Below are positions 27,701 through 39,700 of a stretch of DNA of 64,000 nucleotides, one piece after another; position 1 is the stretch's first letter; each line of letters opens with the position of its first letter. The stretch covers positions 119,908,001 through 119,972,000 of the forward strand of contig JBNRSN020000014.1 in NCBI GenBank assembly GCA_051313645.2, given 5' to 3'. The DNA comes from Centroscyllium fabricii (taxonomy: Eukaryota). The notes beneath the pieces are model-generated. The model ran no database searches. It was not told the origin of the DNA and worked only from the letters and a program-made list of their open reading frames with translations. The translations under genes and the position numbers were made by a program.

Positions 27701-30700
27701 GCTATATATCAAGGCTCAAACAAAACCAAATTACACAGATGAGAATATAGACAGACGGAAGATGATAGGCAGAGAACCAGATCGATTGTCAAAGAATATT
27801 GCTTACTTCTTAAAATTGTTGCTGTTTCTGACCACATATTCAAAGAACACAGCAGACTGTGGGACAAAAACATTTAAATCATTAATATACACAATGGAGT
27901 TACAAACTGCTTTTACACTAACACAATCTTGATAGTGCTCGGTCAAGTCTGATTTTTAAACTTATCTTTGAATTAATGCACATTTGCCAACTGCAGCTGA
28001 TTTTCTTTCCAGGCATTGCCTTCGACAGTCAAACAATAGAATCATTTACCTGACTGGGCACCCACTGTTTGTTGTTGACATCATTGAGACTGAGGTTTGA
28101 AGCTAACAGCACAGGTGGGACCTCTTTGGCTAGAACAGATGGAATGTTCTTTACTGTGGTTACCGGGTCTTTTACATACCGCAACACCTGAGTTAGAATG
28201 AAACAGAATAGAATTTAAACCAGAACATACAACACCATGTGAGCAGCAGCTAGGGATGAAAACAGTCTTCAGACAAAAGCATTAATATAGGCAGAAGTAG
28301 GAAACAAATTAATTTTAGATTAATTTTAATACCACTGATATGTATCCCATGTCACTCACCTGCAGAACACAGATCATTTGTATAGGTTGTGGTGCTGCTC
28401 CAATATTCTGAACGAATGTCGGGTTTGAGATTACACTGATGAACACCCGAGGATCAATGCGTTGGAACACACCGCTTGGAATACCAGACAACAAGCTTCC
28501 CAGACTCCGCAGATTCTGTGTGCTAGTGACCTAGTTAACAAGCAGAAGACAAATCAAATGTTGTCAGGAGATGTCACAGGATTAAATCAGTTTTCCACTT
28601 TTTGTGGCATGACAGTGCGATTACAAACGTGTCCGCCTCCCCACACAATTGTGCAGAGAAAAGGTGATGAGAAATAACAGAAAATATTCTGCTGTCACTT
28701 CAATTGGCTTCACCTCTCCACACTTGGCTTAAGGGTCAATTCCTCTCTGTTTACACAAGAACCTGGATCGATAAGGACAATTACACGGTGTTGAAGATCA
28801 TTGGAACTCATGTAACTCATGCTTCTGCACTTCACTCTCACAGGGTTTTTACGCCAGATCTTTCCTCCGTTTCATTCAGCCATCTATAATGTATATATAA
28901 TGTATAATACTATAATGCATTTCTGATTTATTCAGCTCTTACCCGGAAGCCATTTCTGAGTAACGTAGTTACAATCGCATTGGCCTGGCCAAAATTCCAG
29001 CCTCTGACATTACTCAGGCTTGGCAGGGCTTGCTCCAGAGTGTTCCCATCAATATCGCCAACCTGTGACAATGACAGTCCGACAGCTGTTTGTCCCAAAG
29101 TATTCAAAGTGCTGACTGAAAAGTTGTCAATTTTGCTCACTAAAACTATCGACAGCTGGAAAAGAAACAGAAATAGCATTAATACTGGACGTCTTTCTCA
29201 GCATACACTTTAAGTGAAATCACAAGGTTTTGCAGCAAATATTTCCTATTTACCTTAAGTTGTTCGTCTGTTGGACCTTCAGCAGGTAATGTTTCATTGG
29301 CAGTTGTGTTAGGTGGCATGCTCTGCCCACAGACTTGGTTTATCTTTCCAATCACAGCCAGGACTTGCTGTGCACTCAAGGACTGAAGTAGATTAGTGTC
29401 GGTAATGAAGCAGACCAGCGAGTCTGGCAGACTGTAAAAGAATGTCAGTCACAGATTGTATTATTATATCTTTCAGAACCACAGCGCCCTGTGCCCTGTA
29501 GATACATTAAGATATGCTACAAATAAGATCTTTGAAAAATTTCCTAGTGTTGCAGAATATTTTACAAGGGTTCATCACCCACTCCCATCTCAAACAGCAT
29601 ATTTTCCTTTGTTCAGCTTACCCTCTATTTTCCCCAAAAATACTTTATTTCGTTTCAAAGTTGCAATAATTTTTTCATACAAAGATCTGAAATTATTTTA
29701 AAAAACTCTCTTTCTCTTTGTCTCTCCCTCTTTCTGTTGCACAGCTGTCAGTAATTAGAATATTTACATCTTCGAACGTTCAACAAAACAAGGCTTGGGC
29801 CTTCAAGTTCTGCAGGGATTATCCTCTCACCAACTGTGAGCTCTTTTTAAACATTAGATCTTTAAAAAACATTACATTTAAGTTTTTGACTTCTTTTAAA
29901 ACTGGCTTCAATCAATCAATTCATTTTGTTCAAACTCAGACCACCTGCTCTGACAACCCGTTCCGCATTCCCTGCCGGCCTTTGTCTTCCCGCCTTCGGG
30001 CATCCTGCTCACCCAACCCGCTTGACCTTCGGCTTCTGATGGACTGTTTCCCCATACCCCACTCTTCTACTTCCCCGCATCCCTGCTCAACAAATTTAGA
30101 ATACAGTTTTCTTTAAAAAAATTCACAGATCCATAAAGATTATGAACAGAATCTTCCATTTCACAACTTATGTTGGGAAAATATGAACTGTGTAAGACTT
30201 ACCTCGAAATATTAACATTAGGATTGTTTTCAAGCAGCAAGTTGAGGTAGACCTTTGAAATTTCTGTGGATAATGTCAAATTTGCTAGCAGTCCCAGGTT
30301 TTCAGGGTTTACAGCGAATTCTTGAAGCTGCGCAGAGATTAGGAGAAATGACAAATATTGACACCAGTGATGCAATGTTCTTTCTATAGTTTAAACAATG
30401 AAACTTTAAGGTTCATGTTGCTGCAACACACAATTGTGGTGAATATGGATTCCAACAACACTTCTCAGTGGCTTTAGTGGCAAACTCCTAATATAAAAGC
30501 CGGTCGGGGTATAGTGTCATCTTGGGTGGTTGCACAAAATGGGCGATCATGAATCGGCAGCTCATTTTGCACTCCACCCGATTTTCTTATCCATTGACTT
30601 TAAATGGACTGCCGATTCGCTCTCTCATGTTTCGTGCTGCGGCCCAACACGAGTTACACCCCACAGGAAGCAAAATATTAAATTAGTTGGCAACATAATT

Positions 30701-33700
30701 CACAGTAGATTTGTCATGCACTCGAAGCTTCATGTAACCCAATCTTTGAGAACAGATCACTTCTCCCGAGAACCCAATCATTTACCATCCCAATCTTAGA
30801 GTAAAAGGAAAATGTGTACCTGTGTTTCATTATCAGAGAAAGACTGAAGATCAGTCAGTGACACTTGGTTCATATATAGTCCCAGATATTGAGCAAACCA
30901 AGCAGTGGAGTTCAGGGCTGGATCATTTACATTATAGCATTTCGGTCTGGGACCTGTTGTATAAAATAATTCCACATTAACGCTAAATAAAATGGTGTGT
31001 CATTTTTAAAAACATGTTGTAAATTCCACACAATTTTTGCTACCAAAAGGGACTCTCACCTTCCCCCTCTAGAATTATTGCTCATTTTAAAACAACCTAT
31101 CTCCCCTCCCCATGGTGGCGATTCTCGCTGGGGTAGAGTACCATGGGTGCCAGCAGCCTGGCACTACTCTGCAATTTGTCATGTCTGAGCCTAAACAGGA
31201 AGTGTCAGCAGGCTTCTTGACTGCAGAGAATCATAACCCAGCTGGATACCGTTGTGGTAATCATGATTACCATTGTATATAGTTGAGTTACACTACAGAC
31301 CAGCATGTATAGTGGCTGGGTGCATTGTATATAGTTTTGTATAACGACACTGTCGCGAGGTCAGGTCAGCCACACCTCTAACTCCTCCCCTCAGGTGAGA
31401 GCCTTATAGGTGAGGTCTGACCTGCCCCCATTCATTCTGTACTCAATGTTCGACTGGAGACTAGCTCCATTCTAAAGTGATTAAAAGCCTATAGTTAAGG
31501 TAACTACTCGTCTTTGTCTTATTGACGATACGTCAACCGTCTTCACCGCTCATCAACTCAGACACCATTTCTAATAAAGATCTCTGGATGGTGACAGCAG
31601 CGAAAACCCTGGCTGATTTTTCACTTTCCTCGTCTAAGACCAGTAAGAATAGTCCCAATTCTGAGACTTTAAAACAATAGAGTGTAACTTCACCTTGTTG
31701 TAGGTAAGCTTTAATGCCATTGTAGATGTCCTTCCGTTTCTCTGATGTAAAGTCACTGTAACCAGCACTCAGTGTTCTCACACTAAAGGTGAAATTTAAC
31801 AACATTTTAGAATTTCATCTGCAGATTGAGTTCAATTACTGATAAGTTCAATTTAAAGAACCACAATAGAAATGAAGATATTCTAATGATAGAACCAAGA
31901 GAGGACAGCTAACCACAATCTTTGTTTGTGTGTGTGTGTGTGTGCGAAGCCCCTCAGACTCTCCTTTCCTTTTTATTCCTAATTATAGATGATGACCACC
32001 AGCAACCTGGATATTAGATATTCTTTATCATATCATATTGTCCTTTCTCAGTGATAAACATTCAGCTGTAGCTCTCTGCTGATATAATGAGCAAACTAAT
32101 GCTGGAGAACGATTTACACAGGACAATGAGGGACTTTGCTCACTTGAAGATACATTCGGAACGACTGGGATTGTACTTACATTTTCCTGTAGGAAAGGCA
32201 GCGAACTCTCAGGGTGTTGTTGGAAGACAAAAGAGAGGTGGTGATAAATGGAAGATATGGAGTTAGTCTAACATTAAGCCATTCATCCACCTCTGCTTCA
32301 TTGAGTACAGGCAGGCTGTCGGTAAACTGAGGCCACAGACCCTCTATGATGGCAACTCGGTTACCAGCTGACAGATTACTCTGCAAAAGGAAATAGACTT
32401 GTTTTAAAACGAAATACTGTAATTGTAACATGATAAAGATTCCCTCAGCTTGCCATGTGATTCTACCAAGTAGATCCATTCTTGAAGACTAGCTTTGCTG
32501 AACTGGAAACTAGGACTGAGCATTTGTTACAATCAGAGTTAGGCTTTGGAGGGAATCAAATTTTGGAAACATCTAAAATTGAGCAACCCCCACAGCTGTC
32601 ACTACAAAGCCCTGAAATGCCAAGAAGCGAACATAAAGAAAAGTCGCCTCAGCCAACTGGCCCTGGGACTCAGTGAAGTAACTACTAACACTACTAGTAA
32701 CAACCAGCCCCAGGACAGTGACATCCTAGCACACAGAATTCGACCCAACACAATTATTATTAAACAAAGAGAAAAATATTTGTCATACTGGACAGAAACG
32801 ACAAAAACCCAAAACAAACTAGATTGTTATTTGGCCCTAAACAGACCGTACACCACGGCTGACTACCTGACCATGGTGAAAGACAGCAAACTGAGAAAAA
32901 CCCTGACAATGTACAGACTTAGTGAGGATAACCTAGCCATCGAAGGCAGCAGACACAGACAGACTTGGCTGCCCAGAGAGGAACGGCTGTGCTCTCACTG
33001 CAGTCAGGGAGTGGTGGAGACAGAGCTGCATTTCCTCACAACCTGTGAAAACTATCAGGACATAAGGGGGAATTTCAACCCAAAATACATAAAAACATGC
33101 CCTGGATTAAAAAATTTGAACGACCACCAAAAACTTCCATATCTATTGGGGGAACAGAGGAACTGTATAAAATTAGCGGCAAACTACGTCACAGCTTGCC
33201 ATAAGCAGAGGGACAACCAGTGACCATTGAATCTAAGAAAAGATTATGAGATTTATCTGTGTCTATATGTGTATACGTTTGCATATTTATCCATTCACTG
33301 TATGTCTAGACCTGCATTTGTATGTTCAATTGTATATGTCCTTTTTCTGTGCTTTGGCAACATAAGATGTATCTTATTATGCCAATAAAGTAATTTGAAT
33401 TGAATTGAATAAAATTACTGTTCTGATTCTGATCCACAAGTTTAAGTTATAACATTGCAAACCCCACCACCCCCATCTGCCTTGTGCTGTTGGCGAGTTC
33501 TCTTGTCCGAGTCCAGTCACTGCACACTTGTATGTTCCAATGGGAAATCGTGGAAAACATTCCTGTGGTCCCCAGATTTCATCCAGACGTTCCTCAGCTG
33601 GCTAAGAAATGGGCAGGAAAGAAAAACCTCCACAATCCTTATACCCTGTTAAACCTTGTCCATGCGCACGTTAAATGTACAGTCAAAGCATCCATACCTT

Positions 33701-36700
33701 CTTACACCCACACCCTTGCCCTCCTGTTAAAGAGGCATTTAGACTTCCAATAACTACTCCAGGACCACAGCCCATATACTCTCACTGCTCCGATATAATG
33801 GGCACTATTTTGTTTGAACCACTACAGTTTATCTACATTACATCCTGTGATCTGAAAAGTAAAATAACAGTTGCAGCTCACTTTGCCGCTTTTTTGATTG
33901 AATTCATCTATGAATGTAGCCAGATTCTGGATGGGCTGAATGTAGAATAACACTGTGGTCAGAATCTTGTTGTCATTAATGAATCCAGGCTTGCTCAGCA
34001 TATCAGCCAATTCACTGGGATCAGTGACATTCAACACCTGTAAAAACACAATGAGGAATTTCTCAACTTCATGTAAATAACTGGCAGCAGACCATGTAAA
34101 GCAGCTGAATGCACGGCATCACTAGATTAAACTTGTAAAATATTAGTGCCAATCACGGCCACTGTTAATCCTGTTTCATGTTACAGACCAGCATGACTTG
34201 AGTTCACACTCACAAGCCTGGTCCTGAAACACTTCACAACGCTGACTCAACCCCCAGGGGAGGGGTTTGTTGGATATGAGGGGCTTCTTCTGAGGGCCAC
34301 GGGGAAAATAATCGAATGGGTCAATGTGAAGCAGTATTATGCTCTTTCTCGGAACATGTCACACAACACTTGGATAAAGGTAACTTCCCTGGCCTCTCAG
34401 TCAGCAACTAGCACATGGCGCACGAGCTTGAAGGATCAGAAAATTGGCTTCCCATCCCTCTCCCCCATGAAGCCATTGGTGAAAATAACCTAGACCGGTT
34501 TTCTGCTCAAGCAGCTGAGTTTCTAACTCACTTCGCTATCCAGCTGCTCAAAATGTACCCACAGTTCAAATCAGGCCCAGTGTTCGCGGGCTTCATCCAA
34601 GGGAAGACACACTCTAAAATTGCTAGACTCACTGCAGCTGCTACTAGAATATCAGGTGAGTAAAGCTCACCTGGAAACACAGACACCCAGCCCAGTTCAC
34701 AAAAGAAAAATAATTTTGTTTTACCTCAACAGCACGTTTGGAAGGAAGCAGGAAGAACGCATCAGTCAGAGTTAGCAACTCAGAGAACCTTTGGAAATAG
34801 GTGTCCACGTAGACAACATAACTGTTGCCTTCATAACAACGAAGTGGGATTGCTGGGAGAAAGAGGGAAAATATTAGGTCAATTTGCAAACATAGATGTC
34901 AACTTCTCATTAATTGTAAACATCTGAAACCCATATTATGCAGCAGGGTAACACATGCAGAGTTATTGATTAACAGATATTCAGAACCAAAAACTCATTT
35001 AATGTTCTCTTTCATTCACAACTGCCTTTCTAGCTTACCTGTGGTGTTGAGGTAACCGAAGATCCACACTTTCAGCACAGACTCTCTTGTTCCACGTGTC
35101 ATATCATTGAATCCGTTGCTCAGTCCTTTTACACTAAATGGATAAACATTGATAGTATTATTTATTAGATATCAGCTCTGTAGTAATCCTTCAGCTGGTG
35201 GAGAACAATTTTAGGATCTTTCCCTAATGATGCTCAATGATCAGGTCTGGTGTCAGTAACTGAAAGCTGGTGCCAGTATCTGTCCCATGGTGATGAACCT
35301 CTCTCAGGGATCAGTTCCAAAATGGGCTGATAAAAATCTCCTGTTTTTAGGTCTTTTCTTTCATTTTTCGCACCAATCTTCTCCCTTCTTCTTCAGACAG
35401 TCTATCTCCTTACTGCAGTACAATTCCACAGCCATGGGGCACCCTCTGGTAACTCAGGCTGCTGAAGAATCTTAATGACAGAGCTGAAGTATTTCAGTAC
35501 CAGTGACCAGCTCTAAATCTATCTAATTCTTGGGACTCATACAGCACACATTCGCGTCATGCAGAATATTTTATACAGTGACTTCTTGCAGTATTCTGAA
35601 TTACCAGGAGGAAAAGCCTGAGGCTTGGATCTAGCAATACTGACACACTGGGCAGTCAGTCTCACCTGTTACTGAATTGTGTTTGGAGCTTGAAATTCCG
35701 ACAGTCTGTATAAGGCACTTCATACTAAGGGGGGGAATTTCATGTCCCCATGAGGTGGGGTTTTCGGCGGCTCGGCTGGCAAAATAGCACAACCAGTGTG
35801 TCGCGACCCTCCCCGCCGTATCCCCGCCGCTTTATCATTTTCCACCGCCCCAAAACCTTCCCGCCGCCGGCCGGCGGGGATGGGTTGTCACCTCGTTAAG
35901 AGCCCTTAATTGGGATGATTAATGCCATTTTAACGGCCCTCAGCCATTTTGAGCTATTTCCCGCCCTAACCCCATCACCTTAAACCCCGCTGGGTGAAAC
36001 CCAGTGGGAGCACAGCGCTGGTTATTACTTTTTCCTTCAAGATGTGAAGGACATGCTGCCAAATGCTTGACATGCCTCCAGCACCTTAGAGGAGTAAGTT
36101 ACTCCGTAGTTGCTGCAACAGCTGTGAGCAAAAACTGAGAAATCTCAGCTTTGCACATTTGCTCACAGCCGGTGCGAGCTGTCAAGGATTCTGAGCCCGC
36201 CCGCCCACCTGTCAGTCATCAGCACTCACCTTTCCCATTGGTTCCACTCGACTATGATGTCACAGTGGAGTGTTTCCATGGGAACTGTCAACAACCAGTG
36301 CTGGAACTGTCAATCAAACTCCTTGCAGCCCATCCCGATTGAGTTAATTACCACCCGCTGCCGCCGGCGTGGATTTAACAACTCAATTAAATTAAAATTG
36401 CGTGGGCTTCCCAGCTGTTTGGGCGGGCGGGACAGGAAGCCACCCAGACCAATCCCCGCCTGGTTCCCGTCCTTCCGGCAAAGTCCCCTCCTAAGTGTGC
36501 TCTCTGACTATTCACGATTTAAAATGTTTTGACAGGGATTGCTTTTCCAGTTGAATATGCAGCAATGGATTATTGTAAAAGAGAGTCATTCACTCACACT
36601 GCTTGGTAACCATCACAAGTTATGTTTCTTGTCAAAAGGCGGCTCAGCACTGACTGAGAAGTGCCAGCAATGAACGGCCTGAATCGCTCCTGGAACCATT

Positions 36701-39700
36701 TTTTCAGGAAAGTTGCACTGGTTAAGTTTTCATTGGTCTTCACAATCTCCCACAGGGCATTCATGAACGTGATCTTTGTCATCAGAGGAATTGCTGATGT
36801 GTTCAGGGTCTGAAACAAACCATGACCTGTGTTTTAACTCAGTGAGCAAAGAGCTTCTTTTACAGGTTTCAACACTGATATTTCCCTTCAGAGAAGAACT
36901 GGAAATTGGAACATTTCTAATCCAAAATATCATGCAGTGGAATCGGACAAGTGTAGGAAACAAAATATTTCCTTTTTCTCAGTTGGATCAGCCAGGTTGC
37001 AGAGCACCCACACCACAACAATGAATGCAATTGCATTTATAAAGCAGCTTTTCAGTTCCAAAGACATCCCAAAGTACTTCAAAGCCAATTAACTATTTTA
37101 GAAACGTAGTCACTCTTGCGATGTAGGTAAAGTCAAAACCACTCAAACAACCACTAGCCCTGTACCAGGTAACAGGACACAGATAGACATCTGCAGCCCA
37201 CCAACTAATACACAAGCACTCAAGAGCAATGGGATTTAGAGCTTCCAATGAATGAGAGTATATTGGGACTAGGGTAAAGTTAACATCTCCTTGGACATAT
37301 ATTTGGACCCTTGGCACAAACAGATGGATTGCCGAGTGCAGAGATCAATGGGCCTACATTGAAGGTTAGAATACAAATGCAACAACAACAATGCCTTGCC
37401 TTTCATGATGCTGCAAAGGAATTAGTGATGCAGCTAAGAAATGAATAGCTGCATCTCTGATATTCAATACATGTGGCACCAATGGTTGGCTGCAACACAG
37501 ACCATCGTGTAGGGAATGGCGGCCAACATGCTGGTGCTGCAATATCTGAAACTAGTAATCAGGAGATTTCTTAGGCTTCTAATGAGGCTGTAGTCAATGT
37601 TGCGGGAAGGTATCTATAAGTTTGTCCAGCTACAGTGGTCTGCCTTCAGGGTACTTGCAGCCCTGAACATATACTGGCCTAAGAAGGGAAACTCAGGCCA
37701 TGGGTAGTCCGATGACAGGAGGTCAAGACTGAATACCACTCAGATCAGGAATACCGTGCACGGCTGCTTAAACATCACTCTAAAATAAATCGTAGACACT
37801 GCATGTAAATAGAGGTGTGCATAGTTTTGCTTCTTTTAAAGTAATCTGGTTGATAATTAGATACCTTGTTGTTGAACTTGTCCAGTGCCTCATTCAGTGT
37901 AGTTCTGTCAAGCTTCTGAACAAAGACAGTCAGTGCAGATTCATCTGACCTATTTAGAGCCTTTGGGCCAATGAAACACTGGAATACACCAGTCAAGGCA
38001 TCACTGCTTAAACCTGAAAGCAGTAGATCAATCTGCAAAGCAATCAATTTAGAAAAACATATGTTGGGTTAAGGCATTGATGCAAAATACCACCAAGTGT
38101 GGAACACTCCACTATTGATAAATTCATTCCGTTTTATATGTGCTGAATGTGCTAGTAATAAGAACATAAGAATTAGGAGCAGGAGTAGGTCATACGGCCC
38201 CTCGAGCCTGCTCCGCCATTCAATAAGATCATGGCTGATCTTCAACCTCAATTCCACTTTCCCGCCCGATCCCCATATCCCTTGATTCTGCTCGAGTCCA
38301 AACTAAGAACCTAACAATTAACAACCATTATCCTGCAGTCTTAGAATGGAGCAGCTCTACAACTACTTTGTTTTATCGGAGTGTAAGCTGTCACAGACGT
38401 TCTTGTGTGAAACTCTGGACTGCGACATAGCTTACCTCAGCACATGCGTAGTCTGTAATGTTGAAGTTGCAGAGTTGGCTCATGTTAACTTCAGTCAGGA
38501 AATTATTCAAAGTCGAACTGTGGGAGAGAAATAAATCTACTCTTAGGGAAGAAATTACACTGAGGAACAAACAACAGAATAATTTATTTTGAATTCTCAA
38601 CATGTCACATGATTTGAAACTAATCCAATTTGTTAACTACGTTTTCTAACAGTTTCTAAGTTATGCACACGAGAGGCTTTGGATATCCTCAGTGTCAGGT
38701 GAAGCCACACACCAACAAGTTGACAGGGTTATTAAAACAGGGCCTCACTTGAAGCAGTGTGGAAAAGGTATTCTCCCCAAATTCTTACCTGTTCACAGCT
38801 GCACACAATGTTGTTTCTGTTTGAAAAGTAGAAAAAAATTAACATGCAGTAATTATCATACTAAAATTAACTGGTGAAATTATTCAAAAAAAGTGTAGAA
38901 AAAGCACTCACCATTGACTGTGGTTTTACCAGGCTAAGGAAGAGAAAGCACAATAATAGGTTCAGTACTGAGCCATCTTAAATTCATATTGATAAATGTT
39001 ACATGATAAACTATGCATATATGTAAGTATTATTGCAGATTTTGAAAAAACATTAAACCACTGCCTTTTCCATAAACCAACAAGTGTAAATTTACTGAAA
39101 TTCAACCAAAATATTGGTTTTCAAAACACATGTGGGCTAGAAATTGGACTGAAAACTGACACTTTTGAAAATACAAAGTGTTGAGTCTGTCTTACCGTAT
39201 CAGGTTGGGGTTCTGAAAATATAACAAAATGGTTATTGTTAAAAGTTGGTCCTGATAATGTGTTACTATTCTTAACCACACCATAACATTATACGATAGT
39301 ACACTCACAGTTACTGATCTCAGAAGAGGAAATATTTCTGAAATGTCACATTCCTTTTGGCAGGTTCCCTCAATCCCATAATATAATGGCCTCGATTTTC
39401 ATTGAACCGTGGAGTCGGGATTGGAGGTGTGCGGGGGTTAAAATCCCGAAATCAGGGGTCCCGACCCCATCCCACCTCCATGCCAGTTTCAAAGGAGGCG
39501 GGAACCTGCCCCGAAATGGGATCCGCCTACCCGAGGCAGAAAGGGATCAGTGCCAATTAACTGCCTGTTAACAGGTAGTTAACAGGCAGTTTTTACCCTA
39601 ATCCCTATTATTAATATTGATGTGTGAGATTCTAGATGGCTCCAAACCACGCCAAGTTAGAGTCGTCGGGCCATCGGGTTGAAGGACTTGGCGGGGTCAA

